From: Macrostomum hystrix
Lineage: Eukaryota > Animalia > Platyhelminthes
Assembly (NCBI GenBank): GCA_950097015.1
Contig: CATNEN010000008.1
Location: 1,116,001 to 1,180,000, forward strand
Length of the DNA: 64,000 bases
Reading direction: 5' to 3'
Shown: piece after piece, positions 22,909 to 35,800 of the stretch
Position numbering within the stretch: the stretch's first letter is position 1
Layout: the number at the start of each line of letters is the position of its first letter
Notes under the pieces: generated by a model
What the model saw: the letters and a program-made list of their open reading frames with translations, nothing else
Databases searched by the model: none
Told to the model about the DNA's origin: nothing
Translations under genes and position numbers: made by a program

Positions 22909-25900
22909 ATCCCAAACTGGAAGAATTGAATCCCAAACGGGATGATTGAATCCCAAACTGAAAGGATTGAATCCCAAACTGGGAGGATTGAATCCAAAAC
23001 TGAAAGGATTGAACCCCAAACTGAAAGTAATAAATCCCTAACGGGAGGATTGAATCCCAAACAGAAAGGATTGAATCCAAACTGGAAGGATTGAATCCAA
23101 ACTGGGAGGATTGAATCCAAACTGGGAGGATTGAATCCAAACTGGGAGGATTGAATCCAAACTGGGAGGATTGAATCCAAACTGGGAGGATTGAATCCAA
23201 ACTGGGAGGATTGAATCCAAACTGGGAGGATTGAATCCAAACTGGGAGGATTGAATCCAAACTGGGAGGATTGAATCCAAACTGGGAGGATTGAATACCA
23301 AACTGGGAGGATTGAATCCAAACTGAAAGGATTAAATACCAAACTGGGAGGATTGAATCCAAACTGGGAGGATTGAATACCAAACTGGGAGGATTGAATC
23401 CAAACTGAATGGATTAAATACCAAACTGGGAGGATTGAATCCAAACTGAAAGGATTAAATACCAAACTGGGAGGATTGAATGAGAAACGGAGATGATTGA
23501 ATCCGAAACTGAAAGGATTAAATACCAAACTGGGAGGATTGAATCCAAACTGGGAGGATTGAATCCCAAACTGGGATGATTGAATCCGAAACTGAAAGGA
23601 TTAAATCCCAAACTTAAAGGATTGAATCCCAAACTGGGAGGATTGAATCCAAACTGAAAAGATTAAATGCCAAACTGGGAGGATTGAATCCAAACTGAAA
23701 GGATTAAATACCAAACTGGGAGGATTGAATCCAAACTGAAAGGATTAAATACCAAACTGGGAGGATTGAATCCAAACTGAAAGGATTAAATACCAAACTG
23801 GGAGGATTGAATCCAAACTGAAATGATTAAATGCCAAACTGGGAGGATTGAATCCAAACTGAAAGGATTAAATACCAAACTGGGAGGATTAAATACCAAA
23901 CTGGGAGGATTGAATCCAAACAGAAAGGATTAAATACCAAACTGAAAGGATTAAATCCAAACTGAAAGGATTAAATACCAAACTGAAAGGATTAAATACC
24001 AAACTGGGAGGATTGAATCCAAACTGGGAGGATTGAATCCAAACTGAAAGGATTGAATCCAAACTGGGAGGATTGAATCCAAACTGGGAGGATTGAATCC
24101 AAACTGGGAGGATTGAATCCAAACTGGGAGGATTGAATCCAAACTGGGAGGATTGAATCCAAACTGGGATGATTGAATCCAAACTGGGAGGATTGAATCC
24201 AAACTGGGAGGATTGAATCCAAACTGGGAGGATTGAATCCAAACTGGGAGGATTGAATCCAAACTGGGAGGATTGAATACCAAACTGGGAGGATTGAATC
24301 CAAACTGAAAGGATTAAATACCAAACTGGGAGGATTGAATCCAAACTGAATGGATTAAATACCAAACTGGGAGGATTGAATCCAAACTGGGAGGATTGAA
24401 TCCCAAACTGGGATGATTGAATCCGAAACTGAAAGGATTAAATCCCAAACTGGGAGGATTGAATCCAAACTGGGAGGATTGAATCCCAAACTGGGATGAT
24501 TGAATCCGAAACTGAAAGGATTAAATCCCAAACTTAAAGGATTGAATCCCAAACTGGGAGGATTGAATCCAAACTGAAAAGATTAAATGCCAAACTGGGA
24601 GGATTGAATCCAAACTGAAAGGATTAAATACCAAACTGGGAGGATTGAATCCAAACTGAAAGGATTAAATACCAAACTGGGAGGATTGAATCCAAACTGA
24701 AAGGATTAAATACCAAACTGGGAGGATTGAATCCAAACTGAAATGATTAAATGCCAAACTGGGAGGATTGAATCCAAACTGAAAGGATTAAATACCAAAC
24801 TGGGAGGATTAAATACCAAACTGGGAGGATTGAATCCAAACAGAAAGGATTAAATACCAAACTGAAAGGATTAAATCCAAACTGAAAGGATTAAATACCA
24901 AACTGAAAGGATTAAATACCAAACTGGGAGGATTGAATCCAAACTGGGAGGATTGAATCCAAACTGAAAGGATTGAATCCAAACTGGGAGGATTGAATCC
25001 AAACTGGGAGGATTGAATCCAAACTGGGAGGATTGAATCCAAACTGGGAGGATTGAATCCAAACTGGGAGGATTGAATCCAAACTGGGATGATTAAATCC
25101 AAACTGGGAGGATTGAATCCAAACTGGGAGGATTGAATCCAAACTGGGAGGATTGAATCCAAACTGGGAGGATTGAATCCAAACTGGGAGGATTGAATCC
25201 AAACTGGGAGGATTGAATACCAAACTGGGAGGATTGAATCCAAACTGGGAGGATTGAATCCAAACTGGGAGGATTGAATCCAAACTGGGAGGATTGAATC
25301 CAAACTGGGAGTATTGAATCCAAACTGGGAGGATTGAATCCAAACTGGGAGGATTGAATCCAAACTGGGAGGATTGAATCCAAACTGGGAGGATTGAATC
25401 CAAACTGGGAGGATTGAATCCAAACTGGGAGGATTGAATCCAAACTGGGAGGATTGAATCCAAACTGGGAGGATTGAATCCAAACTGGGAGGATTGAATC
25501 CAAACTGGGAGGAATGAATCCAAACTGGGAGGATTGAATCCAAACTGGGATGATTGAATCCGAAACTGAAAGGATTAAATACCAAACTGGGAGGATTGAA
25601 TCCAAACTGGGAGGATTGAATCCCAAACTGGGATGATTGAATCCGAAACTGAAAGGATTAAATCCCAAACTTAAAGGATTGAATCCCAAACTGGGAGGAT
25701 TGAATCCAAACTGAAAAGATTAAATGCCAAACTGGGAGGATTGAATCCAAACTGAAAGGATTAAATACCAAACTGGGAGGATTGAATCCAAACTGAAAGG
25801 ATTAAATACCAAACTGGGAGGATTGAATCCAAACTGAAAAGATTAAATGCCAAACTGGGAGGATTGAATCCAAACTGAAAGGATTAAATACCAAACTGGG

Positions 25901-26999
25901 AGGATTAAATACCAAACTGGGAGGATTGAATCCAAACAGAAAGGATTAAATACCAAACTGAAAGGATTAAATCCAAACTGAAAGGATTAAATACCAAACT
26001 GAAAGGATTAAATACCAAACTGGGAGGATTGAATCCAAACTGGGAGGATTGAATCCAAACTGGGAGGATTGAATCCAAACTGGGAGGATTGAATCCAAAC
26101 TGGGAGGATTGAATCCAAACTGGGATGATTGAATCCAAACTGGGAGGATTGAATCCAAACTGGGAGGATTGAATCCAAACTGAAAGGATTAAATACCAAA
26201 CTGGGAGGATTAAATCCAAACTGGGAGGATTGAATCCAAACTGGGAGGATTGAATCCAAACTGGGAGGATTGAATCCAAACTGGGAGGATTGAATCCAAA
26301 CTGGGAGGATTGAATCCAAACTGGGAGGATTGAATCCAAACTGGGAGGATTGAATCCCAAACTGGGAGGATTGAATCCAAACTGGGAGGATTGAATGAGA
26401 AACTGGGATGATTGAATCCGAAACTGAAAGGATTAAATCCCAAACTGAAAGGATTGAATGCCAAAGTGAAAGGATTAAATCCCAAACAAGAATATTGAAT
26501 GCACAACGGGATGATTGAATCCTGTAACGTAATCGTAATGAATCAGAGAACAAAGGCGGTGGTTCTTTTTGGTTGTTTGTCGATCGTATGACCGAGAGCT
26601 TGAGGAAGGTTGGAGATTGCACTGCTTGGCTACTTATATTTATAGTGTCCAACGGAATATTCTAGAATGTTTTATTGCATTATAACAAAGTTAATATTCG
26701 GAAATAACTATAGTACGAAATATGTGACGATAAAGTATTATCTGAGTCTTATAATTAACTGCAAGCTGATTAATAGAAATATAAAATTTACTTTTGAGAA
26801 CTTCTAGAAATTCTGAGAAAATTATACAAGGATTTGACTTAGAATATTCTCGAAGATTACCTAATTTAGACAATAGGGTACACTGCAATGTTACAATAGT
26901 CCCCCCTGCGGGAGACGGAGTCTCCTAAAATAATGCGTTGGCGGGGCTTAACGTACCGTATGATAGGGTAGAGTTATGAAAAAAATTAAATATTCGGCA

Positions 27000-29900
27000 T
27001 TAAAAATATAGGTAATCATTGTTGTTTTTGAAGCGCACGTTCCGGCCACTCCTGGTAGTCCTTGGTGCTCTCGCCGCCACCGGAGTCGTCCGTGGTGGCA
27101 ATGCGGTGTCGCTCTGCGCCCGATCCTTGGACGGTTGAGCTTGGTCGGGTGGCTTTGGACAAGGTGTGGCAGCGGCGGTACGGAGCGGCTTCAGGCGGTC
27201 GATTGACACTGCCTCCTGCTGACCTGGGTGGAGCTCCAGAATGAAGAACTTTGCCGTCCGACGTATGACCGGGTAGGGCCCCTGGTAGGGTGCTTCCAAG
27301 GGTTTGCGGACGCGATCCACTCGCACCCAGACCTTTTCCGCCGTCGAGAGGTCTGCTGGGATGTATCGCTTGGCCGTCGAAGGCGAAGGTCGCGCGCCGT
27401 CGTCGGTGATATCGTCCATTCGAAGCCGTAGATCATTGGAGTCGACGTCCTCGGTGGCCAGGACTCTCGGCAGCATCGGATGCTCTCCTGTGAGACGCGT
27501 GAAAGGGCTGACTCCATCCTCGTCCGGGTTGATGTGCATGGCGAGTAGTGCGAGGGGCAGGTTGTCGAGCCACGCCTGTCCATGAGCCTTCAGGATGTGC
27601 TTGAGCGTCCGGTGAGCTCGCTCGATCTTCCCGTTGGTCTGCGGATGGTACGCTGTCGTCCGAAGCCGGTAGAAGCCGACGCTGGTAGCCAGGATGTTGA
27701 AGAGGTCCGCTTCGAACTGCGCGCCGCGGTCGGTGACGACGTAGAGGGGTACGCCGAATCGCGAGATCCAGGATGCTAGGAAAGCGGACGCGACACTCTG
27801 AGCCGTGATGGACTCGATCGGCGTTGCTTCGATCCAGCTCGTGCCTCGGTCTATCATGGTGAGCAGGTACCGTGGAGTTAGGCCGCATGAGACGTCGTGC
27901 TTTCGCTCGGGAACTGGCAACGGGCCGACAATGTCGATGTGGACGGTCTCAAACCGGTTTGAAGGCAGATCGAACGCTGAGGTGCCGGATATGGTGTGGC
28001 GGCTGACCTTGTTGCGCTGGCAGGTCTGGCAGGCTCGGCAGTAGTCTTTGATATCCGCGCGCATGTTGGGCCAGAAGTAGCGCGACGTGATGAGGCGAGC
28101 TGTCTTGCGGAAACCGAAGTGTCCGATGTCATGAAAGTGTTGCAGCGTCGCTCGTCGCATCGACTCCGGTATGACCGGGCGCGGGTAGCTCGAGGAGGTC
28201 TCACAAAGAATCGTCCGCTGTCCGTTCACCGGGAAGGGTCGGCAGCCCTCGGATGGCTGCAGCTGCTCCTTTGCCTGACGCTCGGCGATGGCCGGGATGT
28301 CGATGGGTGTTGTCGGTAGGACGCTGTTGACCGGGGTGGTGCCCTCGTCAAGCCGGGATAGCGCATCAGCTACGATGTTGTCGGAGCCGCGGATATAGGT
28401 GATATCCACGACGTACTCGGCGATGACGCTCAGGTACCGTTGATTCCGGTCGGAGGTGCCGGTGTTGCTGCTGCAGAACGCCTGGGCGAGGGGTTTGTGA
28501 TCCGTGAAGACCGTTACCTTGCGACCCTCGATCAGGCTCCGGAAGTGCAGAACAGCGAGGTACACTGCGAGAAGTTCCCTGTCGAAAGCTGAGTACTTCT
28601 GTTGTGCTGCCGACAGTTTCTTGCTGAACAAGCCAATGGGCGTCGTGTTAGCGTCGGTCGATTGATGCAGAGCTGCGCCGACGCTGCTGGACGAAGCATC
28701 CGTGACGAGACTGTATGAGTCGCACTTGGGGTCCGGGTGCTGCAGCAGAAGTCTCTCCGCTAAGGTTGCCTTGAGCTTGTCAAAGGCCTGTTGATGAGCT
28801 GGGTCCCATCTGTAGGATCTCGGAGACTGCAGTGTTGTAGTGACGAGATCCTGCAGAGGTGCTGCGATTTCGGCGAACTGCGGGACAAAGCGTCGGTAGA
28901 ACCCGATGACGCCGAGGAATTGACGCAGGGCGTGGGGGTCCTTGGGAGCCGGCCACTGGCGGATGGTGTCGACCTTGGATGCGAGAGGCCGTATGCCCTC
29001 GGCTGATACCTGATGTCCCAGGAAGGTCACCTCGCGCTGCATGAAGGCGCACTTGTTGAGCTGCGCTTTGAGTCCGTGCTGGGCCAGACGTTGCAGGACT
29101 GCTTCCATGTGCTGCAGGTGTTCCTCCTCGCTGGGGGAGGCAACCAGCAGGTCGTCGATGTAGGCGACCGCGAACGGAAGTCCGCGCAGAACGCTGTCAA
29201 TGAAACGCTGGAATGTTTGTGCTGCGTTCCTCAGGCCGAATGGCATCCGGATCCATTCGTAGAGACCAAACGGTGTAATGATGGCGGTCTTCGGGATGTC
29301 CTCCTCGGCGATCGGAATCTGGTGGTACGTTATAGGAGGTCCAGTTTCGAGAAGACCCTCGCGCCGTGAAGACTTCTTGTGAAGCACTGAATGTGCGGAA
29401 TCGGATAGTTGTCCGGCTTGGTGAGCTTGTTGAGTTGCCGGTAGTCGCCACAGGGTCGCCATTTGCCGTTGGGGACGCCGTTGTCCTTCTTGGGGACCAT
29501 GTGTAGTGGTGACGCCCAGTTGCTGGCGGAAGGCCGAAGGTATCCGGCGTCGATCAGCTGCTGGAATTCGTCCTTGGCGATCGCCAACTTCTCGGGATGT
29601 AGCTGTCGAGCTTTGGCGTGAACTGGCGGGTGCTCGTAGGTGATGATATGGTGCTTCGTGTCGTGCCCGACCTCCTCGGCTTTGGGCAAGCGGCCGCCTT
29701 CGACGTACGAGAATGTGTCCTTAAAACGGTCGATGAGCTGCTGGACTCGCGCGTCACAGTGCTCCGGGTACGCTAAGGAGATGGCAAAGGTGTCGAGCTG
29801 CAAGCTGGCGACAGGCAGCGTCTGCGTGTGCAGGTTCGTTTCTGGATCCACCAGCTGTCGGGCCTTGCAGTCCACGAGCAATCCGAACTGAGACAGAAAG

Positions 29901-30231
29901 TCGTACCCGAGAATCGGCTGAATGACGGTGGCGACGAGGAAGGTCCACTTAAACGATCGGCGAAGACCTCGGATGGCAATGGTGAGCGGAAACAGGAATG
30001 GACTCACCGGTGGCGGTTGTCAATCGGTACCCGGTTGCTTGGAGAGCCTGGTGGAGGTACTTTGTCGGAATGATGGACACGGCAGCGCCTGTGTCGACAA
30101 GAAAGGAGAGGCACCTGTTGCTGAAGGTGAGGTCTTTTTTCTCGGGAAACCACCAGGAAGTTTTTTCTCGCCGCACTCCCAGGCTCGACGCTACTCACTG
30201 CGGCGTGGTGGGCAGCGCCATCCTGTTTCCC
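27000..30231 (-). pseudogene. pol: Ty3/Gypsy pol (protease, RT, RNase H, integrase) with about 3 internal frameshifts
   Basis: Motifs [53 protein letters not shown]...CQTC, HIDIVGP, TDRGAQF, NGKIER and GPY. Frame breaks occur near 30138, 29990 and 29330; some are in homopolymers and may be assembly errors. Confidence 0.9.
30167..30231 (-). promoter_or_regulatory. -1 programmed ribosomal frameshift signal (slippery site plus pseudoknot)
   Basis: G_GGA_AAC in the gag frame (30231-30225), a 5-nt spacer, stem 1 GGCGCUGC/GUAGCGUC and stem 2 CGCCGCA/UGCGGCG; the -1 frame stays open towards the protease. Confidence 0.75.
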
Positions 30232-31208
30232 GGGGCCTGACTGTGTCGCACTGGCGACGAAGAACGCGATTGAGCAGGCGTCGTCTCGTTGTTCGAGAGA
30301 ACATGCGGGGAGTGCCCGGACGTCTTCGGAAATTGGCACCATCGGCGACAGGAGCGAGCTTGGAGACCGTAGAAAACGTGCGCGCGGCATATGACCGGAC
30401 GTTGGCCCGGTTTAAAGGGCTTCATGCCGCCCCGATTCGGCTTCCGAGCCTGGCTGGAGTCGCCGTGCGATGTCGCGGGGAGGGCCGCGACCATGCTAGG
30501 CAGAGCAGCGTTGACTTTGCCGAATGTGTTCTGGACTGCGAACATCGAGTCGGCGATTGAAGCGAGTTCTGCTGGCGACTGGTGCTGAAAGCCGGATAGA
30601 GCGATGCGAAATTCGTTGGGTAGGCAGCGCAGCAGCGTTGCCTTGACCATGTCGGGGCAGGCGGACGGCTGGATTCCGCATTGCGACATCTTGGCCGTGA
30701 GTCGTTGCAGAAAGATGGACGGCTTTTCTCCGCCGAGGTCCGAAGTAGCCAGCAGGTCGTTGATTTTCTCCTGCTTGCTCTTTTGCATCATATTGCAGAC
30801 GCTTGTCTTCAGAGCAGCGTAGTTGGCTACGGTCTCGGCCGTCAGGAGCACAGAGGCGATGTCCTCAGGCAGGTTTGCATCGAGATGATGGTACTGAGTC
30901 TCCTCCGACGTGAAGCGTGCCAGCTTGAATTGTGACTCGAGAGTCTGAAACCACGCATCGGGGTTATTGCGGTAGAATGGTGGTGCCTTAACGCTTACAG
31001 CTGCTAACGTGGGTTGGAAAACTGGCAGTGGCATAGAGTCTGCGACGACGTAAGGCTGACCTAACGATGTAGGAGCAATGGTGATGCTGCTGGGCTGGCT
31101 CATGGGCGGAGGCGCGGCGCTTGTGGTAGCGCTTGGCTGACTGACTACCGGTGTAGGAGTTGGATTGCTGTCCGACGGTGAAGTCGTTTCCTCGCTGGGA
31201 TTTATCAT
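30195..31208 (-). CDS. gag: Ty3/Gypsy gag
   Basis: First ATG after the PBS (MINPSEE...); KAPPFYRNNPDAWFQTLESQF, LGGEKPSIFL and the CRAHVFYGLQARSCRRWC Cys/His motif. The longer track ORF starts inside the LTR. Confidence 0.88.
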   Translation of the reverse strand: MINPSEETTSPSDSNPTPTPVVSQPSATTSAAPPPMSQPSSITIAPTSLGQPYVVADSMPLPVFQPTLAAVSVKAPPFYRNNPDAWFQTLESQFKLARFTSEETQYHHLDANLPEDIASVLLTAETVANYAALKTSVCNMMQKSKQEKINDLLATSDLGGEKPSIFLQRLTAKMSQCGIQPSACPDMVKATLLRCLPNEFRIALSGFQHQSPAELASIADSMFAVQNTFGKVNAALPSMVAALPATSHGDSSQARKPNRGGMKPFKPGQRPVICRAHVFYGLQARSCRRWCQFPKTSGHSPHVLSNNETTPAQSRSSSPVRHSQAPGNRMALPTTPQ

Positions 31209-32032
31209 GTTTGTCGCCTCACCGGACCAGTTGTAACGTAATCGTAATGAATCAGAGAACAAAGGCGGTGGTTCTTTTTGGTTGTTTGTCGATCGTATGA
31301 CCGAGAGCTTGAGGAAGGTTGGAGATTGCACTCCTTGGCTACTTATATTTATAGTGTCCAACGGAATATTCTAGAATGTTTTATTGCATTATAACAAAGT
31401 TAATATTCGGAAATAACTATAGTACGAAATATGTGACGATAAAGTATTATCTGAGTCTTATAATTAACTGCAAGCTGATTAATAGAAATATAAAATTTAC
31501 TTTTGAGAACTTCTAGAAATTCTGAGAAAATTATACAAGGATTTGACTTAGAATATTCTCGAAGATTACCTAATTTAGACAATACGGTACACTGCAATGT
31601 TACAATCCCAAACTGGAAGAATTGAATCCCAAACGGGATGATTGAATCCCAAACTGAAAGGATTGAATCCCAAACTGGGAGGATTGAATCCAAAACTGAA
31701 AGGATTGAACCCCAAACTGAAAGTAATAAATCCCTAACGGGAGGATTGAATCCCAAACAGAAAGGATTGAATCCAAACTAGGAGGTTTGAATCACAAACT
31801 GGGAGGATTTAATCCCAAATTCGAGGGATTGAATCCCAAACTGGGAGGATTGAATGAGAAACTGGGAGGATTGAATCCCAATCTGGGATGATTGAATCCG
31901 AAACTAGAAGGATTGAATCCGAAACTAGAAGGATTGAATCCCAAAGTGAAAGGATTGAATCCGAAACTGAAAGGATTGAATCCCAAAGTGAAAGGATAGA
32001 ATCCCAAACGAGAAGATTGAATCCAAAACTGG

Positions 32033-32066
32033 GTTGGTTCTCTGCTGCTGCCTCGTCTCGGTTCAG
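32033..32066 (+). pseudogene. mGluR-like TM4 exon end (copy 1 remnant)
   Basis: LVLCCCLVSVQ followed by a GTGAGT donor; matches 47441-47474 and its downstream intron. Confidence 0.75.
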
Positions 32067-32807
32067 GTGAGTCTTAGAACTGAGGAACTGAGAACAGAGT
32101 TGAAGTGAGCTTGTTTCCTGTTTCCAGGAAACTGTGGTTTCCAAGAAACTATGGTTTCCAAGAAACTATGGTTGTCGTTTTGACAATCAACTAAGTTAGT
32201 GAATTTTGGTAGATATATAGTTTATTTGGTGGCAGTGGAAGCAAAGGTAAGGCAGACAGAAAGGAAACTTGGACACACTTGAGGGGTGCGAAACTAATAG
32301 AACCTGTAACTGAGAGGAGGTCTTGAACATAGACATAAAAGTTGTAGACGCAAAGCAAGAGGCCACAGACATAAATAAGGTTAGCTGCAACTAATGCGTT
32401 AAGGGAGACTAAAAGTACATGAAAACGTAAGACGAAGGCGAAGGTCCAAAAGAGGCAAAGAATTGGAGGATTATAATCCGACAGGTTCGGGGGGGGCACA
32501 AATGACACAAACATTGGAAGATGAATTCTGACATTTTCCGGGGGGGGCGGAGGACAACAGGCAAAACTGAGTTCACGACGAGAAATAGTTGGCTAGTACG
32601 GGTGGTCGGATGAACTTCCGGAGCGGTTAAAGCGTTAAACATAGTCTATTGGGCAACGTATTCGTCACAGTAGTAAATTTGAGAGGCATTAGTCACGTCA
32701 CAGATGCCATCACGAATCGCCTGGCGGCGAAAGGCGTGAAGATCGCTTGCGGAGAGGTCGTCGGCGGTGCCGGCCGCTTCGGTGGCGCTAGCTGACGAGC
32801 CGGCGGA

Positions 32808-35800
32808 CTAGCCGGCGGATGAGCTGGTGAACGAGCCGGGTAGACCCGCCGCCAGAACGATGGGCTGTGCAGCGCCGGCGTCGCACTCGAGCGGGACGAG
32901 GTGGGCAACGGATCGGCAGACCTCGTGGCCAGAAGCGGTGCGGATGGTGACGTACCGGATGATGCCAGCGGGATCCGGGTGCAGTTGGAGGATGCGGCAC
33001 AGCTTCCATGTCGCTCTGGGCGTCGGTTCGGCAAGGAGGCAGACCTGGCCGAGGTGGAACTCACTGGCGTGCTGGCGGTGGCGGCGCCGCTCTTGAAGAT
33101 GGACAGAACGGAGGTGATTGAGGTACTCTCGGTTCCACCGGTCCCAGAAAGCGTTGAGGATGGCGTCGCGGCGGCGATGAAGAGCTCGAAGATGGTCCGC
33201 CGCGGAGGTGCCGGCTGGCAGAAAGGTGTCGTCGTTGACTGGAAGGAGCAGGTGAGGGCCAACCCCGAGGAGATGAGCCGGAGTCAGCGGTGATGGATCT
33301 GCCGGGTCGTTGGAGACGGTTGTCAGTGGCCTGCAGTTCAGTATGGCCTCGATCTTGACGAGGAGAGTGTGCAGCTCTTCATCGGATATACGCTTGCGCC
33401 AGAGGGCAGGACGAAGGCTGGACTTGGTGAGGGCGACGAGCCGCTCGACTGCCCCTTGATGCCAGGGAGCTCGGACTGGCGCGAACTTAAACACGAGGGG
33501 TCGCGCTGCAGCCAGCGGCCGAAGGTCGGCATGAAGCTTCTTCTGGAAAGCGGTGGCGATGTGGCTCTCCACAAACTTGCCGGCGGCTTGGAAGGCGGTG
33601 GCCTGGTCGAGGTAGACAGCACATTTGGTGAGACCGCGGCGGCACCAGAAGCGCTCGAAGGCATGGAGTACAGCATCGGCGGAGTAGTCGTAGAGGGTCT
33701 CGATGTGAAGAGCTCTTGTCGTGCAGCAGGTGACGAGCAGGGCCCAGCGCTTGGTGGAGAGTCGAAGCTTGCGGTCGTAGGTGAAGTTGGGCCCGAGCTG
33801 GTCGACGAGCACGGAGGCGAAGGGACCAGCTTCAGCATCGAGTCGCTCCTTGGGTAGCTGGCCATGTCCTGGTGGTGCACGGGTTGAGCCTTTGGCGAGG
33901 CGGCACTGGATGCAGCTTGAGAGTGCTTCACGGACTGTCAGTAGGCCTTTCGGCACCCAGTATTTGTCGCGGAGCATTGCGAGGACGGTTGAGGCACCAG
34001 CGTGGCTGCTTTGACGGTGGAGGAGCAGGGCAAGCAACCGGGTCAGGCAGTGGCCAGGCGGCAGCAGGAGCGGGTACTTGGAGTCTTCGTCCATGGAAGC
34101 GTTGGCAAAGCGACTACCCAAGCGAATGAGGCCGTCACAGAGATGAAGGTCCAGCTGGGCAATGATCCTCTCGGATTTAGGTCGGCCGGACTCGAGGGCC
34201 CGGATGACAGCACCGTAGCACTCAGTCTGGGCTGATCGAATCCAAAGAAGCAAGGCCGCCTGACGCTCAGCGTGGGAAGGCGGGAAGTCCTTCGAGAATG
34301 GCCGGTGCAGCATGAGGGCCTTCAGACGGAGGAGGTAGCAGGTGACACCAAGAATGCGTTCTAGCCGGTCGGAGCGTCTGAGGCTCAGTTGGCCAGGCGT
34401 CGTGTGGGTGGTGGATCCCGCAGCGAGTAGAGTGGCGACGGATGCTGTAGCCGTCTTACTGGTCGGAACGCCGTCCAAAAGACGAGGATCAGGCATTGCA
34501 GCGGTCCAGGTAGGCCACTTGGTGAATGGCTCCTTGAGGAAGGCAGGTCCCTCGTAGTAGTTGGACTGTTGCAGTTGAGCAAAGCTGAGCGGCTTTGTGC
34601 AGTGGTCGGCAGGGTTCGCGGCCGTGGGCACGTAGCGGTAGTCACGGGTGACGTCGGAGTCGAGGATCTGCTGAACGCGACGTGACTCGTAGGCACGGAG
34701 CTTTGTCCCGTTGGCAAGCCAGTAGAGCACGATCTGGCTGTCGATAAAATGGGTGACCCCTTCGAACTTAAGGTGGTTTCGCAGAGCATCGAGAATGAAA
34801 GATGCGGCGCGGGTGGCGATGAGGGCGGCCCAGAGCTCGAGGCGTGGGACGGTGACGAGCAGGCCTTTCCTAGCTGTAGGGGCAAGGCGGGTCTTGGCAA
34901 AGACGAGGCGGCAGGTGATGTTAGAGCCGAGGTACTGCCAGATATAGATGGTGAACCCGTAGGCGCCTGGGGCACCGTCAGAGAAGACGACGAGGCGGAC
35001 CGGTTGGTCAGCATCCTGGAGAGCGAAGCGTGGGACAGTGATCTCGTCGAGGCGAAGGAGGTCGGGCAAAAGTTTGGCCCATGCCGCACGGACCTCGGGA
35101 CGGACGGCTTCATCCCAGGAGTCTGAGGCTTGGAAGCTCTGGCGATAGAGCAGGCGGGCGCCGAGGATGAGCGGAGTGGCGTAGCCAACCGGGTCGAAAG
35201 GGGTATAGACACCTCTGCAAAGAGTACGGCGGGTCAGCTCCTCGGGGCTCGGTAGGTTAGGCTTCTTGAGGGAGACGGTATCGCGAACTGTGTCCCATCT
35301 GAGTCCTAGGAGGCCAACCGGGTTGTCGGCGAGGCGGTCCTCGTCGGGGAGGTCAACGAGACAGCCGGGGATGTTGGTGGTGAACTCGCGGAGGTGGAAG
35401 CAAGCGCGATGGAAGAGCCCACGAAGGCGATGGACGAGGCGAGTCGCATCGTGTTCGGTGTCGGTGCCAACAACGAGATTGTCGACGTAAAGACCGCCTA
35501 TGACGCGCTCGAGCTCAGTGCGGTAAAGGCCGGAGTCACCGGAGCTTAGAGCATCGTGGCAGATCTTGTGGAGGACTGCTAAAAGTATCCAGGGGCTGGG
35601 AGATGCCCCCATGACAATTCGAGTGAAGCGCCAGACCTCGTAATTGCCCTGAAGGAGCGGTTTGGTGATGTCCTTTGGGAGGATGATGCGGAGGGCGTCG
35701 CGGTGTGGCTTGTGGACGCCGATCTGATAAAAGGCAACCTTTAGATCAGATGAAATGGCAAAACGGTGGGAACGGTGCACTAGAAGAACCTGGAGCATGG

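Larger units (their letters stand above)
26523..31604 (-). mobile_element. Full-length Ty3/Gypsy LTR retrotransposon
   Basis: 373-bp LTRs at 26523-26895 and 31232-31604 (2 differences seen); 4-bp TSD ATCC; PBS-like TGGTCCGGTGAGG (31229-31217); PPT GCAGGGGGG next to the 3' LTR; gag followed by PR-RT-RH-IN. Confidence 0.96.
18463..32032. repeat. Large 20/21-bp satellite (GGGAGGATTGAATCCAAACT)n with higher-order structure, interrupted by LTR sequences
   Basis: Hundreds of units; diagnostic variant blocks (CAAACAGAAAGGATTAAATACC) recur near 19209, 21402, 23917, 24837 and 25933. Confidence 0.96.

Noticed and set aside
18404-26888. Many long ORFs such as FNPPSLDSILPVWIQSSQFG (also at 2843, 39588, 47542, 48252, 57319, 59184)
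   Set aside because: These are translations of tandem repeats that lack stops in some frames; there is no protein-like complexity.
31209-31361. Track ORF start MDTINISSQ... as the gag N-terminus (also at 20091, 22665, 26652)
   Set aside because: It lies inside the LTR, upstream of the PBS; gag most likely starts at 31208.
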